The translations under genes and the position numbers were made by a program. Shown one piece after another: positions 1-12,500 of a DNA stretch of 64,000 nucleotides. The stretch is taken from the NCBI GenBank assembly GCA_965285935.1, contig OZ260665.1, forward strand, positions 29,946,001 through 30,010,000, read 5' to 3'. The stretch comes from Ophelia neglecta (taxonomy: Eukaryota). Position 1 is the stretch's first letter, and every line of letters begins with the position of its first letter. The notes beneath the pieces are model-generated. The model searched no databases and was not told the origin of the DNA. It saw only the letters and a program-made list of their open reading frames with translations.

Positions 1-5
1 ATCAG

Positions 6-48
6 TGTAACAAGTTAACTAGTACTGTGTAATAAGTTAACTAGTAAA
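6..48 (+). repeat. Two copies of a 22-bp unit with a palindromic core
   Basis: GTGTAA(C/T)AAGTTAACTAGTA occurs twice. A related AATAAGTTTACTAG at about 121-134 suggests a repeat or transposon remnant cut by the window edge. Confidence 0.7.
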
Positions 49-2433
49 CTTTATTAATGACCTGAATCTTTTTTAGTTAAGGTGGTTTTGCATTATTATT
101 CAGGTCTTATGGATCCTAATAATAAGTTTACTAGGATCCAATAAATTTAGGATTGTTAAAATCCATAACAAAAAAAAGACTGAGTGATTAATTTTCATTT
201 ACTATAAAATTACGTTAAATGACATGTGTATACATACACTTAGGTGACTTGACTAACACAATAGTTAACATGGCAAATAAGGAAATACATTTGAGGACAA
301 GTAATATCATATAGGACACAGGATGAATTAAGTCTCAAATATGATTTGTATTTCCTGGATGATGGATGTCCCTTAAATATATATCAAGTGAGTCTTGATG
401 CTACAATCAATTTTCATTTATAGAATTTTTTTATGATAGAAACCTTTAAGCACCTTCTCCATCAAACCAACAACCTTATAATAATACACAAGTCTGTAAA
501 TTGCAAATAAATTTTTCACTGGTTTCTGAAACCAGAGGCATATATATATGTCTCTGCTGAAACTCATAAAATTTATGAAAATCATTACAAAAACTAAACT
601 TGACATCAAACAGAAACTTGACTTGACACAACTGTGTCCTCATTAATATATATTCACATCACTTGATATACAATTCAAACAGCCATAGCATTTAAGACTG
701 AAGTTATGACCAAAAATATAAAAGCAGGTCAACAGGTACATATGTGAATTGAGATCAGGATTATATTTTTTCTTGTTAGATGTATAGAGGCAGTTTTTAT
801 CTCCATCCCCCTTTCAGCCTCTCACTAACTTCTGCTTGGGAGGCCTGGTGGCAGACATCTCCCAAACTTATATCAATATTGGACCTTTATTCTGCAGATT
901 ATTTAACGTGCGGAAGCTATGCAGATGGGAACGTCATGAGTATTTCAGAGTGACAGGATGCAAAGAGGCGTCAGCAAGGTGGGGCTAAGGGTTAATTTCA
1001 GGGGAAGGGTAAGGAGCAAGTTTAATAAATCTAGTGCTCTGTTCTAATTTCAAGGCTTACCTCTGCAAGGCTCCACACTTCCCCTTTTAATCAAAAGCTG
1101 AAAAAGCATGCTGAACCTGCACGGGACAGCACAGATAATTGTAATGTCTGGGCTGCCTTCTTGCTGATTCTACATCATGCTGCCATCTGTGTTCATTGGC
1201 AGGTACTAATCTTACCACAGGAGACATTACTACTTCAATTGACTTCTCACCCTCCCACACACACAGCACACACCCTCTCGCACATATATATATGTGTGTG
1301 TGTGCGTGCACGCTACAGAAACCTTTGCTAAATATGACATGGCTACATAATATCCACATAAACTTGTATCATTTCTCACTTGGGCATCTGCTGGACACCT
1401 GTTTATGCCATTAAGTGAGTCTTGATCTTATTGGCAATCTAATTAAATTACTATAAAACTTTATTTTACAAAAATTTTACTGCCTGCAACTTTAAACTTG
1501 GTGCTATCACTATCATCATTATGTAGATGTACTACTTTTATATTTATCTGCAGCTTTTAATGGTTTTGACAGGTCAGTGATGGATTCCTTGTTAAAATCT
1601 GAAATGGGTTTTCCTCTCACCTTAGGTCTACATGGAGACTTGCAAAATAGATCCCAAGTTCTAAGAAGTTACTAAACATACCAAGGACAGCCCGCTGATG
1701 ACTTGTTGAATCCACTTTGTAGAAAAATTGCCATGATGTCTTCAAGGTTAGTCAGGGTTTTGTTTGATTGTAATAGCTTAAAAGTTCTTTTTTAAAGAGT
1801 GTGTCAGTTGGAGATGTTATTTAAATCTTGAGGAGCTTCCTAGCGATATTGTCTCTGTGCAGGCCAAAAGATGTACAGATGCCATATCAAAAGGGAAGAG
1901 TGTGTCACTGAAGCCATGTCTAGGTCAATTACTATCATGTGATTTTGTATCAAAACTGACGAATATCTACCTTGCATGGGAAAACAGTGAAAAATTATTA
2001 TCATTCTCATTTCTGGTGGCATAACTGTTATATATTGTACTTGGAGAAGCACCATCTCAAATGACATCATCAAAGTTTCTTTATCTGAAACATAAGATAT
2101 ACATTATTCATGATTCTCAAAGCTTTTGAAATTTGTGAAATCACCCACTAATGACCGAGTAGTGTAGTGATGTTTATTTCCATATTTAAAAGTCAGTATT
2201 TAAATATAACCAGTATAAGTCTATATAAGTAAATGTGTAACTGTTACTAATTCCAAAGAGGTTAGAATATTTTACTTATGAAGCAAATCAGTTTTTCAAA
2301 TAGCCTTCATTGTGACCATAGACTATGCATGTGCAAAATAATTCTGTTTGACATGAAACACACATCTGGTAGATTAGGGTGAAAAAACGTGACTGTTTCA
2401 CTGAACAAAAGTCATCCAAGAAAACTGCCATAC

Positions 2434-2850
2434 TTATCTTTGCCTAGCCAAACAGGGAGAAGAATGTTTTTGTCATGTGTATGTGTGTCTGAGTGTGTGG
2501 CTCTGGCATTCTGTCTTTTTACCCAAAAAGTGTTGGTCTAGTTGTTATAAACTTGGTGAGAATTTAACCTGTCAGCAGAACTCAGTTGATGGTATTATAA
2601 TTCTTATTTACCTACTGAGGGTGTGAAGGTCCCAGTGTCAGTTTGAAAATTTCAAGCGCTTCTCTCGGCCATTTATTGGGTGATTTTGATGAAGTTTGAT
2701 AAGAATTCAGCCTGTCAGCATTTGTTCTAATAATTAAAGTTTGGTGCCATTTGAAAAAAAAATAGTGCTGATATCTCATAAATTTTGAGCTCATGCAAAT
2801 TGACACTGTGGCAAAGATCAATGTATCACATTGGATTCACTCTTTAATTT
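2434..2850 (+). mobile_element. Non-autonomous Helentron-associated (HINE/DINE-1-like) element, degraded
   Basis: Subterminal inverted repeats ATCTTTGCC (2436-2444) and GGCAAAGAT (2810-2818). A GT-rich microsatellite-like tract lies near the 5' end, and there are two diverged internal repeats (AGAATTTAACCTGTCAGCA / AGAATTCAGCCTGTCAGCA). A short 3' hairpin CAATGT-ATC-ACATTG precedes a T-rich end. Confidence 0.55.
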
Positions 2851-5419
2851 AAACTTGTTTTGATAAAATGCAGGATATCATGTTCAAGTCATATTTAGTT
2901 TCCTTAATGTAGACTTTTTTTGGCCTGGAAACTGTGTAGACATTATAACCACTCTCTGCCATCCCTTTCGGCAGAATGGACAAAGTGTTCTAATTAATTT
3001 AAGAACCAACATGTGGTGACATGAGCGGTAGTCAAGCCACACTTTTGATAAGGGTGCCATGTAATAACTGAGATATAGAACACACGTACAGCTCATCATC
3101 TAGTCTCCCCAATTATTCAGGTTCCCAAGTGAAAGACTTGAACATTTCAAAACTATTCCTCCAACCATCTTACACATGCTCATCGGCTGCTGCCATCACT
3201 CAAAACCGCTGGCAGGGGAAATTTAGTGTGGAGCTAAAGATATCAGATCTGTATGATGTTCCTTTTTATATTACTTTGGCCCGATATGAAGGTAGTTATT
3301 AAGCATAACTTTTGCATAAAAAGTGATATTTATAGATGTCATGGGTGCGAACAGTTGCTTGGTGCATATTTTATCTGATGTGTATTAATATTTTGAAAGC
3401 TGATGAAATGAATGCTTGCCATCATTAACAATTTTTCTGAGTAAGCAGATATTGATATTTCTTTGGGAAGAGAGATTTCAATCTGCTAGCTGGCAATATT
3501 GTCTGTGATAACATCAGTAATTATATGTTCATTACGCTATTCATAATTTTTTATTCCATGAAGGTAGGTAAACAAAGAAGTGTGTTGTTATTCTTTCTTC
3601 AGAGCCATATACCAGCTTTCTAGCATAGTGCAACACTTGCTACACCATCCAGAAAAGTATGCAATCGGCAAAAATAAAGTCACTGCAGAGATCTTTGACA
3701 TGTGTATGATTATTTTGATTTATGAAATATTGGTCGCAAGTTTTATCAAGATCATTGTGTGATAATAAACCATAGAGTTTGCACAGGGCGCTAAAAACTA
3801 AACAGAGATTGTGGGATGTCAGGGGTTGTAATTGTCATAGAGTGTTCAAGCATTTCGTCAATTTATTTTGTGCTGTAATAGAAATAATAATAAGGGTCTT
3901 GACAGTTAAAAGTGTATCTTTTCCTACAAGAGTGTGAAATTGTTGTTTAATGACCCCCATGGCTGTAATCCTTCAAATTTTATGAGTGCAACTCTTTGTT
4001 TTTATGTGCTCAATGAATATGTATCTTTGTATGGTTGTTGGTCAAAAAAGTATATTTATGAAGAGATGTATTTGAATAAAGTGGCTGATAAGATCATGGT
4101 TAATGGCAAACATGAAAGAGGTATAACCCAGTAACACACGTGTGGGCAATCAAGGCAAAAACCTCAGCTTAAAAAATACAGTTTTCAGATGGGAAAACAA
4201 GGATATTAAAAACTTGATATTATGTACATGTGCATGAAACTTGGTTTATTTTTTCCATGGACATAAATTACATGTAAGGGGAAACTGTGATATTTATCAT
4301 TTTCATTGGATTCTATCAATCAATACATACTTAAGCAGGATAGGTAGACTCTGAGTATTGACTGAACAACTGTGCTGAGGATCAGAGTTGTGTTAATAAG
4401 GCAATATTGAGATAATGATCTTAATATATCTATGTATTATTTGAAACTGGTCAAAACAGCAGGTCGGTTGGTAGTTTTATCAGTGATTTACCATGCTGGA
4501 AATGAAAGGGTTGACAGTTGGTGATAAGAGCCTAGCCTGCTCTCTAAACTGTGACTTGTATTTCTTTTATCTTGATGTATAAAGAAAGGGGGCTGCATAT
4601 GATACTGTGACCTAGCAAGGTTTATCATCATTTGCCTTGGATATGTATTGGATATTAAAAATGTACAGTTTGTTGTTAAAGAATATTGACATGTGCCAGT
4701 TCCCTTAGCAAATAATTGGTCTGGGGTACATAGTCACTTATGAATTTTATGTGATTTTTGTCTGTAGAACATGAGATTATCAATTAAATTTCTCAGTGTG
4801 CCCCCTTCATGGCAAATGAACCCCTCTTGTGGTTGAAACTCTCAAGATCGGTACAAAGTGCGGCAGGTCACATACCACCATCCAGCCTTGCACCCCAGCA
4901 GCATAGATACCAAAAAAGGCCATGTTTGCTTGGGGCTCATTTATAATACAGAGGCGTGAATATAGGGACATATATTGCTTCTCTTGTCATGTTCACACTA
5001 TTCCTGAACCAACTCAAACTTACCTTGCCTCTTTTATGGCACTTGAGGGAAAATTATGTGTTAGTATAAGGGAGATATCCCTGCAACGACGTATGCCTCT
5101 TGTTCAGCTGACATGCACGGTTGTTGGTTGGGAAATGTATGGGCTGGGAGGGAGATAATACATGTATTCTGTCTAGTGTATATCGCTGGTTTTCTGTTGA
5201 AGCTGATTATTCAGCTGATCCGACAGGTAGACCAGGGAGATAAGGTTATAGCCGGCCTAAGGTAACCAGTATTGATTTGAACACCTGTGGAACACCTGGA
5301 ACGGCTTAAATAGTGTGGGAGCCTGTTAAATTGATATAACATACGGCTAGATTAGAACACCTGACTTAATGTGTGCCTGTTAAAAGAAGGCTAGATGTGA
5401 AGATAAATACATACAGGCT

Positions 5420-5460
5420 ATAAAAACATTACAAAAAACACACATAAACCATGATTTATT
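5420..5460 (-). terminator. Candidate distal polyadenylation signal for RGM (proximal alternative AATAAA at 7734-7739)
   Basis: Minus strand reads AATAAA (5460-5455) followed by TCATGGTTTATGTGTGTTTTTTGTAATGTTTTT, a GU/U-rich downstream element. This would imply a 3' UTR of about 3.3 kb. Confidence 0.4.
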
Positions 5461-6724
5461 GCACCAAAAAAGGGAACTGGGGGACTGCTGTGTTATTTCC
5501 CATTGTGCCAATTAGTAGTTCCTATTCTATGTAGGTATGTGTAGTCTAAAATGTACAAATACAGTACATTAAATGTGCCTTGTCTAAGAACCAGTCAAGT
5601 CTGTGAAAAAGCTTAATAACTTCAAACAAAATTAACTAAATCATTTGTTTTTTTATGCAATTTGACATGACTGTAGTGTTGGGGATTAGCCATAAGTGCA
5701 TTTTAAACAAAAAGCTATTGTTAACCAAGCACATTAAATATGACAAAACCCTGCTATACATTGATATTGACTTAAAGCTGCAAGGAAAAGTTTGAATGGC
5801 TAAGCCCCTAGGATTGTTTATGACCCTAACATTAACTGCTAGGAGATTAATGGATAGGACTAATCTTAAAGAGTACCTACTTATGTCAGTTGCAATTTGG
5901 TCAAATTGTATAGCTCTTGCTTTACCACTCTAAAGCTAAATTGGAACTGGTCCAAATGATTTACGGCCTTTGATACAAAGAGCCTACTTCACTTTGTTTT
6001 GTTTAGTATTGTTCCTGTATTTTCAGGCTAATGGCACTGTGTTTTCCTAGACAATGTATGGCTGCAGATTCAGGGTCTACCAGAGAAGGCCTTTGAAAAT
6101 CAATTCATGCATGAGGTTGTACTGATGATGTTGTCAAACTTGGCCCTTTTGAAAATGATTCTTGTCACCCACCATTTATGTGGTGTTGAAAACTGTTGTG
6201 TGGCTTCACATGCTAGAAATTCATAGAAAATATCACCATGGTATGATTCCGCCAGTAGTGTTACAAGTCTCAACTGCATGGCATATATATTTTCAGGAAT
6301 ATATACAATACTGAATCTATGCCCACTTTTACTTTTGTATTAACAAAAGCCAGAAATTCATTCTTTGAATTGAAGTTAATGATGTATATTTTCACAGTTC
6401 TGAACTTTTCCTGCAAATTGTACACTGTATGTTCACTTTAGGTATTGTGTAAATTTTCTATGCGAATGTTTTTTTCTTTCAGAAATGTCCCAATTGAAAT
6501 ACCATTTCTATTTTACAACCTATTTGAAAATAACTATGGACCTCTGCAGTATATTTGCTTGCAATACACTGTGTGAAGCCAAGGGTGAATTTGAGGACAT
6601 AAGGTACAACTGGAGACCATTGGCTGACCCCATAGTGGGTTATTGTTGTGCAGGTGTTTGCCCATTGTATGCAGCGGTATGCATAGCTGGCTCTGAACGG
6701 AGGTGCCATTGCATGATACAATGA
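5451..6724 (+). pseudogene. Putative decayed three-exon gene for a small Cys-rich (CS-alpha/beta defensin- or macin-like) peptide
   Basis: TATAAAA at about 5419 and ATG at 5451. Splice sites: donor TAG|GTATGT 5534/5535, acceptor TTTTCAG|G 6026/6027, donor ATG|GTATGA 6240/6241, acceptor TTTTTTTCTTTCAG|A 6482/6483. The last exon encodes C-x4-C-x3-C...GYCC-x3-C-x6-C-x7-C-x-C and ends at TGA 6724. The middle exon has stops in all frames. Confidence 0.35.
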
Positions 6725-8747
6725 AAAGACAGTTAAAACTAAGTTGCATACTTTGAACAGAAAAAACAACTAAAACAAATTTAAACAGAGGACTAGTTGT
6801 AAGGTTGCCTTTGTACTGTTAAGGCACAAGATAATGAATTTATCTCATCCAATCTTATTTTGCACAAAAAGTAGAAGTCTACTATAAAATTCACACAAGC
6901 AAAATAAGTACAAATAAGGCATCAAAATTATATAAGCACTTTAGCGATCTTTTATCGTGTAAACTTTTCCAATTTGATTTCAAGACATTGATAGTAAACA
7001 AGTCCTAGAAGACACCTGTCCCAATGAATGAAGTACACCAATATTTCATTGGAAAACATATTTTTAATAATATTAACATATACACGTAATACATATGCTG
7101 TACAAATGTACATATATGGTTTGTGACGCAAAATAATACAGTAGTTGGGGACACACATGTATCTGACTAAGTTCTACCCATACGATACGTGTGAGAGGAC
7201 ATACGGGAGGACATATGACGAGGATGAGACCACTGGTTTAAGTCAGAGGCCATGCTATTTGGTGGCTTGATAATGCAATTCGTTTTGTTTTTTTAAATAG
7301 GCATGAACTATGAATATTCAGCTTCACCAGGTCTACTCCACAAAATTACCCATTTCTCCTGGATTATTCATTGTATTGATTTAAGTTTGTATGAAGTATG
7401 CTTTGAAGTTGATGATACACATACTATTAATTATCAATTTGCAAATGCAGATCTATAAATCAGACACAGTGCAATGCCTTATTGTAAATATACCTTCAAT
7501 GTACAAACTTCAAGAACTGTGTTGACCTTAGAAAACTGTTTTTTCACAAAATGAAATGTACAGAAATGTGCGTGATCATTTTACTAACCACGCTGGGGCC
7601 AAAAGAATAAAAAAGAGCCATTAATCTTTTTGCGGAGGTAAAAACCCCACACAACTTCCGTCTTTTACTGGTGTATTCAATGAGGATCACATCAACATGA
7701 GTTCCTAATACCCTGAAGAGTTTGTGACACATTTTTATTCATTTGGTCCCAGTGTGTAACTCAGAAAATTCACCTCAGTTGAAAATACGATTGCCATTTC
7801 AGCAAGCCCTGGTACATACAGAAATAACTACCAGCTTGATATACTCCTGTTTCTGGTATACAGATTTATCCTGTATTTATCCTGCTTATACATATATGAA
7901 AGTCTTCAGCCAGTAGCCACATGTGTAGACATGTATATAGTTATTGGTTTGAGGCCACAGTCCCAAGGATTTAGACAGTTTTCCTGTCTATTAAGTAAAT
8001 GCACTTCATACTGTGTGATCCCCAAGCTTTTCGAGATGTATGAGTGGCTGTGGAGCTTAATGTCAGAGTTGTGTAATCCTACTAACTTGAAAAACTTCAA
8101 ATTCAAATGGCACTTCTCATGCCAGTGATTGTTGAGATGTAACTGTGATAGTATTCTAATACCCAGGATTACATTCAGATAATGGCGAAGCCTATTGTAG
8201 AGCATTCAGGTCAAAATACAATTGTTTTGGAATTAATGGGTTCTTTGTAAATTGGCATTCTGTCATGGTCCATTACCAATCTGTAATATACCAGCATCTC
8301 TTTGCTATTGTGGAAGGTTTCATAAATAATTTTGAAGCCTATTATATTACGGGAATGGGGTAATTTCTGATGTAGCTGAAAGGAAAATGATTTCACAAGA
8401 TGCAACATAATTGTACCCCTTCCTTATCAGGGCACCTCTTTTAGTTGATTACATTTTTCAAAATTATTACCTCATGTCTAATTAATCACTTAGGCTAGAG
8501 GGGGTATTTGGGTATATGAAGACCATTTAATCAACGTATTCGTTTCAAACATATCAAATATCGGAACAATCAATGCAAATAACCAAACTTTCCACATAGC
8601 GAAGTGATGCATGACATCTTGACAATTCAGCAAGGCCTGGCTAACAGAATTGTAGCAGAGGAGAATTATTTTTTGATTATACTATTTGTTTCCAAATTGT
8701 GTCACTTGGTTGCAGCACATTTATATAAAAAGTACTAAGAGCCACTG

Positions 8748-9515
8748 CTATAAGCTTGCAGTCACTAGATTTGTAAGAACTACATACACTAAAACATGCA
8801 ATAATACATATGTTGTCCTATGCATGTAGTTGAGGTTTGTAATTTTAGCACTTGTGGCATGATTTCTATTTCGATACAATGTATCAATCTCAGTGAAAGT
8901 CGTTCTATTTTTCTGCTTAGTGGCAGCGGCGGGATACAGTCGCAGCACATCTTGGAAGGCGTGATAGGCTGCCATGGTAAAGTTAAGGTCTCTTGTGGTA
9001 ATGAGATCAAACACACAACTGTCAAAGTAGAAGTCCACAACACCCGCTTCAGCACACAACCTGGCCGCCGTTTCCCGCGTCATGGCCACTTGCGGGGAAC
9101 TCACAGCTCCCTCGCCACTGTCTGTCACAGAGGAGGATTTTAACCGACTGTTTCTCAGTGCTAAGAACTCCTTGTAGTCTATGAGTTCACTGGCTGGACA
9201 CCCTTTAGAGCACAACTGTATCCCATCAGGATCATCCCCTAAACTTTGATTTACTAATTCCTCCGGAATCTGAATGGCAAATGTTAGATAGGAGCCAATT
9301 TTTCGCACCACAATAGTAGTGTCTATGTAGCTTAGATAGATCTCGACGTGTTGGCCGGGTTCCTTTTCTGTGAGCCGAACACTGCGGTGGTTGCCGAAGT
9401 GAACACGGCCGTCGTCAAACATGGCCGGCAGATGATCGTTCTGTGCCTGATATGTCACAAAGCGGTCGCTGTCTGCACACTGGTCATCAGTGCGCTGCTT
9501 GATCACAACTGTCAA
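8748..9515 (-). CDS. RGM: RGM last coding exon: RGM C-terminal domain and GPI-anchor signal
   Basis: Acceptor TTTCTTTCTTTCATTTTAG|TTG (phase 0) joins ATATTK|LTVVIK. Contains LPAMFDDG, GQHVEI..YIDTTIVVRKIGSYLTFAIQIPEE, QLCSKGCP and DFYFDSCVFDLITT, then a hydrophobic tail (YVLLHVLVYVVLTNLVTASL) and TAG at 8750-8748. Confidence 0.96.
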   Translation of the reverse strand: MTVVIKQRTDDQCADSDRFVTYQAQNDHLPAMFDDGRVHFGNHRSVRLTEKEPGQHVEIYLSYIDTTIVVRKIGSYLTFAIQIPEELVNQSLGDDPDGIQLCSKGCPASELIDYKEFLALRNSRLKSSSVTDSGEGAVSSPQVAMTRETAARLCAEAGVVDFYFDSCVFDLITTRDLNFTMAAYHAFQDVLRLYPAAATKQKNRTTFTEIDTLYRNRNHATSAKITNLNYMHRTTYVLLHVLVYVVLTNLVTASL

Positions 9516-12500
9516 CTAAAATGAAAGAAAGAAAAAGGTTAAAAATAATCACAATAATGTAGGATGATATTATTAAAATGTTATTTAAATTAAATAAATA
9601 AATGTGTATTGTATCTTGACAGAATCAATTCTGACAGAAGACACAACTGCCCAATTTTGTGATGAAGGTTTTCATCAAGAGTTAAGTACTATATTGATTG
9701 ACTTTAATATTGATTTTCAAGCAAGGCCAGGATGTCATTTGAAGGGTTGCAAACTTTAATGTTCTTAGTTTTTTTTATTTAGCTCATAAATTTTATTCAT
9801 AATATACAGTGTAAGTCCTGTCCTTGACATAGCAAAATTGCTATCCCTGTAGCAAATATGGACCTGTAAGGGCCAAAGCACTATTTATTAAGAACCAACA
9901 CTCTGATAATTTCATTGGCAAAGTGTGCTAAAGAACAAAATGAGGTGATGTTTCAGCACTTGTTAAATGAGCACTGCCTCTTGTGATATAGGAAAGTTTT
10001 TCTTAGTAGATAAGGAGCATGTGATAGTGTTGTGAATCATCCTTTCCCAATTGAAAAGCTGTATTACCCAACTCTCACTTTCCTGCCTAGAGTGTGAATT
10101 CCACAGCATGATTTGCGGCAAGAGTTTACACTACATCATCTGGCAAACTCAGACTGGCTCAAGTAATAACCTGAAGCATCTGCCAATATGAATTTTATCA
10201 CAGTATAAATCTGTGTATTATCAGGCCTTGGCTATTTTGGAGTGTGGTGTGAGAACGTACACAGAAAGGTGTTTACACTGGCACTGTGCAGAGCCTGCCA
10301 GCCACTGGGAGGCAGATGTGGCTAGATACCCCAGGGATGTATCAGTTTGGCAAAGGAATCAGGGGGCTGTCTACTCTAAATTATCTTCTGAAATTGCCAA
10401 CTGGTTACATTTTAAGGCTATAAACAATCTTATAGGCCATAAAAGATCCGACCAAGGTTCAAATTGCCCAAATGATTGAGTTCTTACTACAAAGAGGGTC
10501 AGAATTAAAAAGGAGAGCTCAATAAACTAATTGTTTTTCTGATATCCCCAAGTCAAACACTATGTGCATAGAAGTGGTAAGGGCTAGTGCAGTACCTTCC
10601 AAGTAACTCAACTTTGTTGGTTAGTTGAATGTATAAATGCATACCCCCTTCTCTGGCCTGAAAACCAGCCTTAGCCAGATCAAGGCCATATCAGCATGCT
10701 ATCTCCCCAGGACAAATTCATGTGTGCACCACATGTATCAATATTAATTTTAGTCCAAGCTGTAAATTTGTGATCTGTCTGGGTGCTAGCTAGACATTGC
10801 CTACTCCATTTAACAATTATCTTCAAGCACTTGGGTAGAATACTATCTGACAACCTATGCTGAGTTCTGAATTAACAATGTCAAGTTCTGTATCACCAAT
10901 ACTTCAGCTGATGTGTGGAAATGTTTACTATCCAATATGAGCAGGCCTAAATTATTAGCATACCAATATATATATACATGTTAGAAATGTGCCATTTGAA
11001 AAACAAGTCAGGTATTGCCCTTTTCACCACATACTGTTTTCTTGTCTGCACCTGTACCAACATTTATATACTAATACTTTTTTCCTTCAATCTGTCGGCT
11101 GTATTTAAGGTAACACCCTTTATCTCACAACACACACATTCTTTATCAGAACAATCCAAAATTTCAAATCCAGACTAGCTACTGTGTCAGAGGTTAAAGC
11201 TGAACAGGATTGTAGAGGTGTTAAAAGAGATATACCTAAAGCGCCTAATATGATGAGTGTTTTGCAATTTTTTCATAAACATATATTGCATAATACATAC
11301 TGGTAAGGAACTTGTTATTGTGCTATCAATATTTTACTGGGGAAGTATAAATGTTGCATTACATTTACCATGATCTGGCCTTTCAATTAGAAAATATCCC
11401 TATTATTTATTTTTCAAATTGAGCTCTGAATTACATGTTATCAACTTAAATACATGTAATATGATATTATCCGCATAAACAATTGTTTTTTTTTTTACAG
11501 AGCATGCCAGGTTTGAGGGATTCTGGTGGGGTTTCATTGGTTAGAAAAAAACATCAGCCACATTTAATACGAACAGAGTGTAGATGGTGTGGAATAAAAA
11601 TAGGCGGTTGTGTTTATCACATACAAGCTATGTGTCATGGGGCCAGCTGACTGCACAATTTGTCACACAGCGGCATTTCATTTCAAATTTATTACCCTCC
11701 AAATACCCTGTATAATGGCACATAATGGCAGCAAGGACACCTTTAATGGGCATAAAAGTTTGCAGCAGATTCTTTATCGTCGGCCAAGATTAGATATGTG
11801 CAACCTATTCCAAAATCAAAATTTGTTACAGTCAGTTTTTGTAGAGTTTAATTCAAGGCTGGTGACTTTTCCTTGTTTTTTTTTAGAGCCAAGTAATTTG
11901 TAGCTGTGAGTTAGGTATTGCCTAGTACTACTGTGGTGGTGGAGTGTCTCGCCTGAGTTGTGATACACAGAGCGTATGCAGCCAGGCATGGCCGCAACTT
12001 GTCAGCCAGATTGAAGGTGCGATAACTACACACAAACTACAGGTACTACAGCCATGACATTGTTCTTCTCACTTCGGCCCAAAACGAATAAAGACAAGAC
12101 GACATGGCTGTAACGTAGCCGTCTTGTTTAACATACATCATCATTGTGACAGGCTAAAGTCAAATGTCATAACTGCTGAACAGTGTAGCAAGCAAAACTA
12201 GCAGCGATTCAATGATAGCTACATCACTGTATGGGGCCAGCAATGTGACAGAAACTGAAAGAATATATCTGCTATCCACACAGTACTTAAATTATTAAAC
12301 CAAGCCAAGGAGTATATTTACAGAGCTGAGCGTGGCAGGGACTGGCCTATCCTGCATGTTAGATCTCTAGTCCCGCGACAAACACAGCTGTTTGGAGCTT
12401 TGGAGTGTTTATTGTTACATGAGAGAGTTAACCTGCCTACCCTTGTACATAACACACATAATAGGCAGTTTGTGCTACTAAGCAGTTCCTTTGATAATTA

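Noticed and set aside
6027-6240. In-frame TGA codons read as selenocysteine
   Set aside because: The same frame also has a TAG, the TGAs fit CGA deamination, and no SECIS was recognised downstream.
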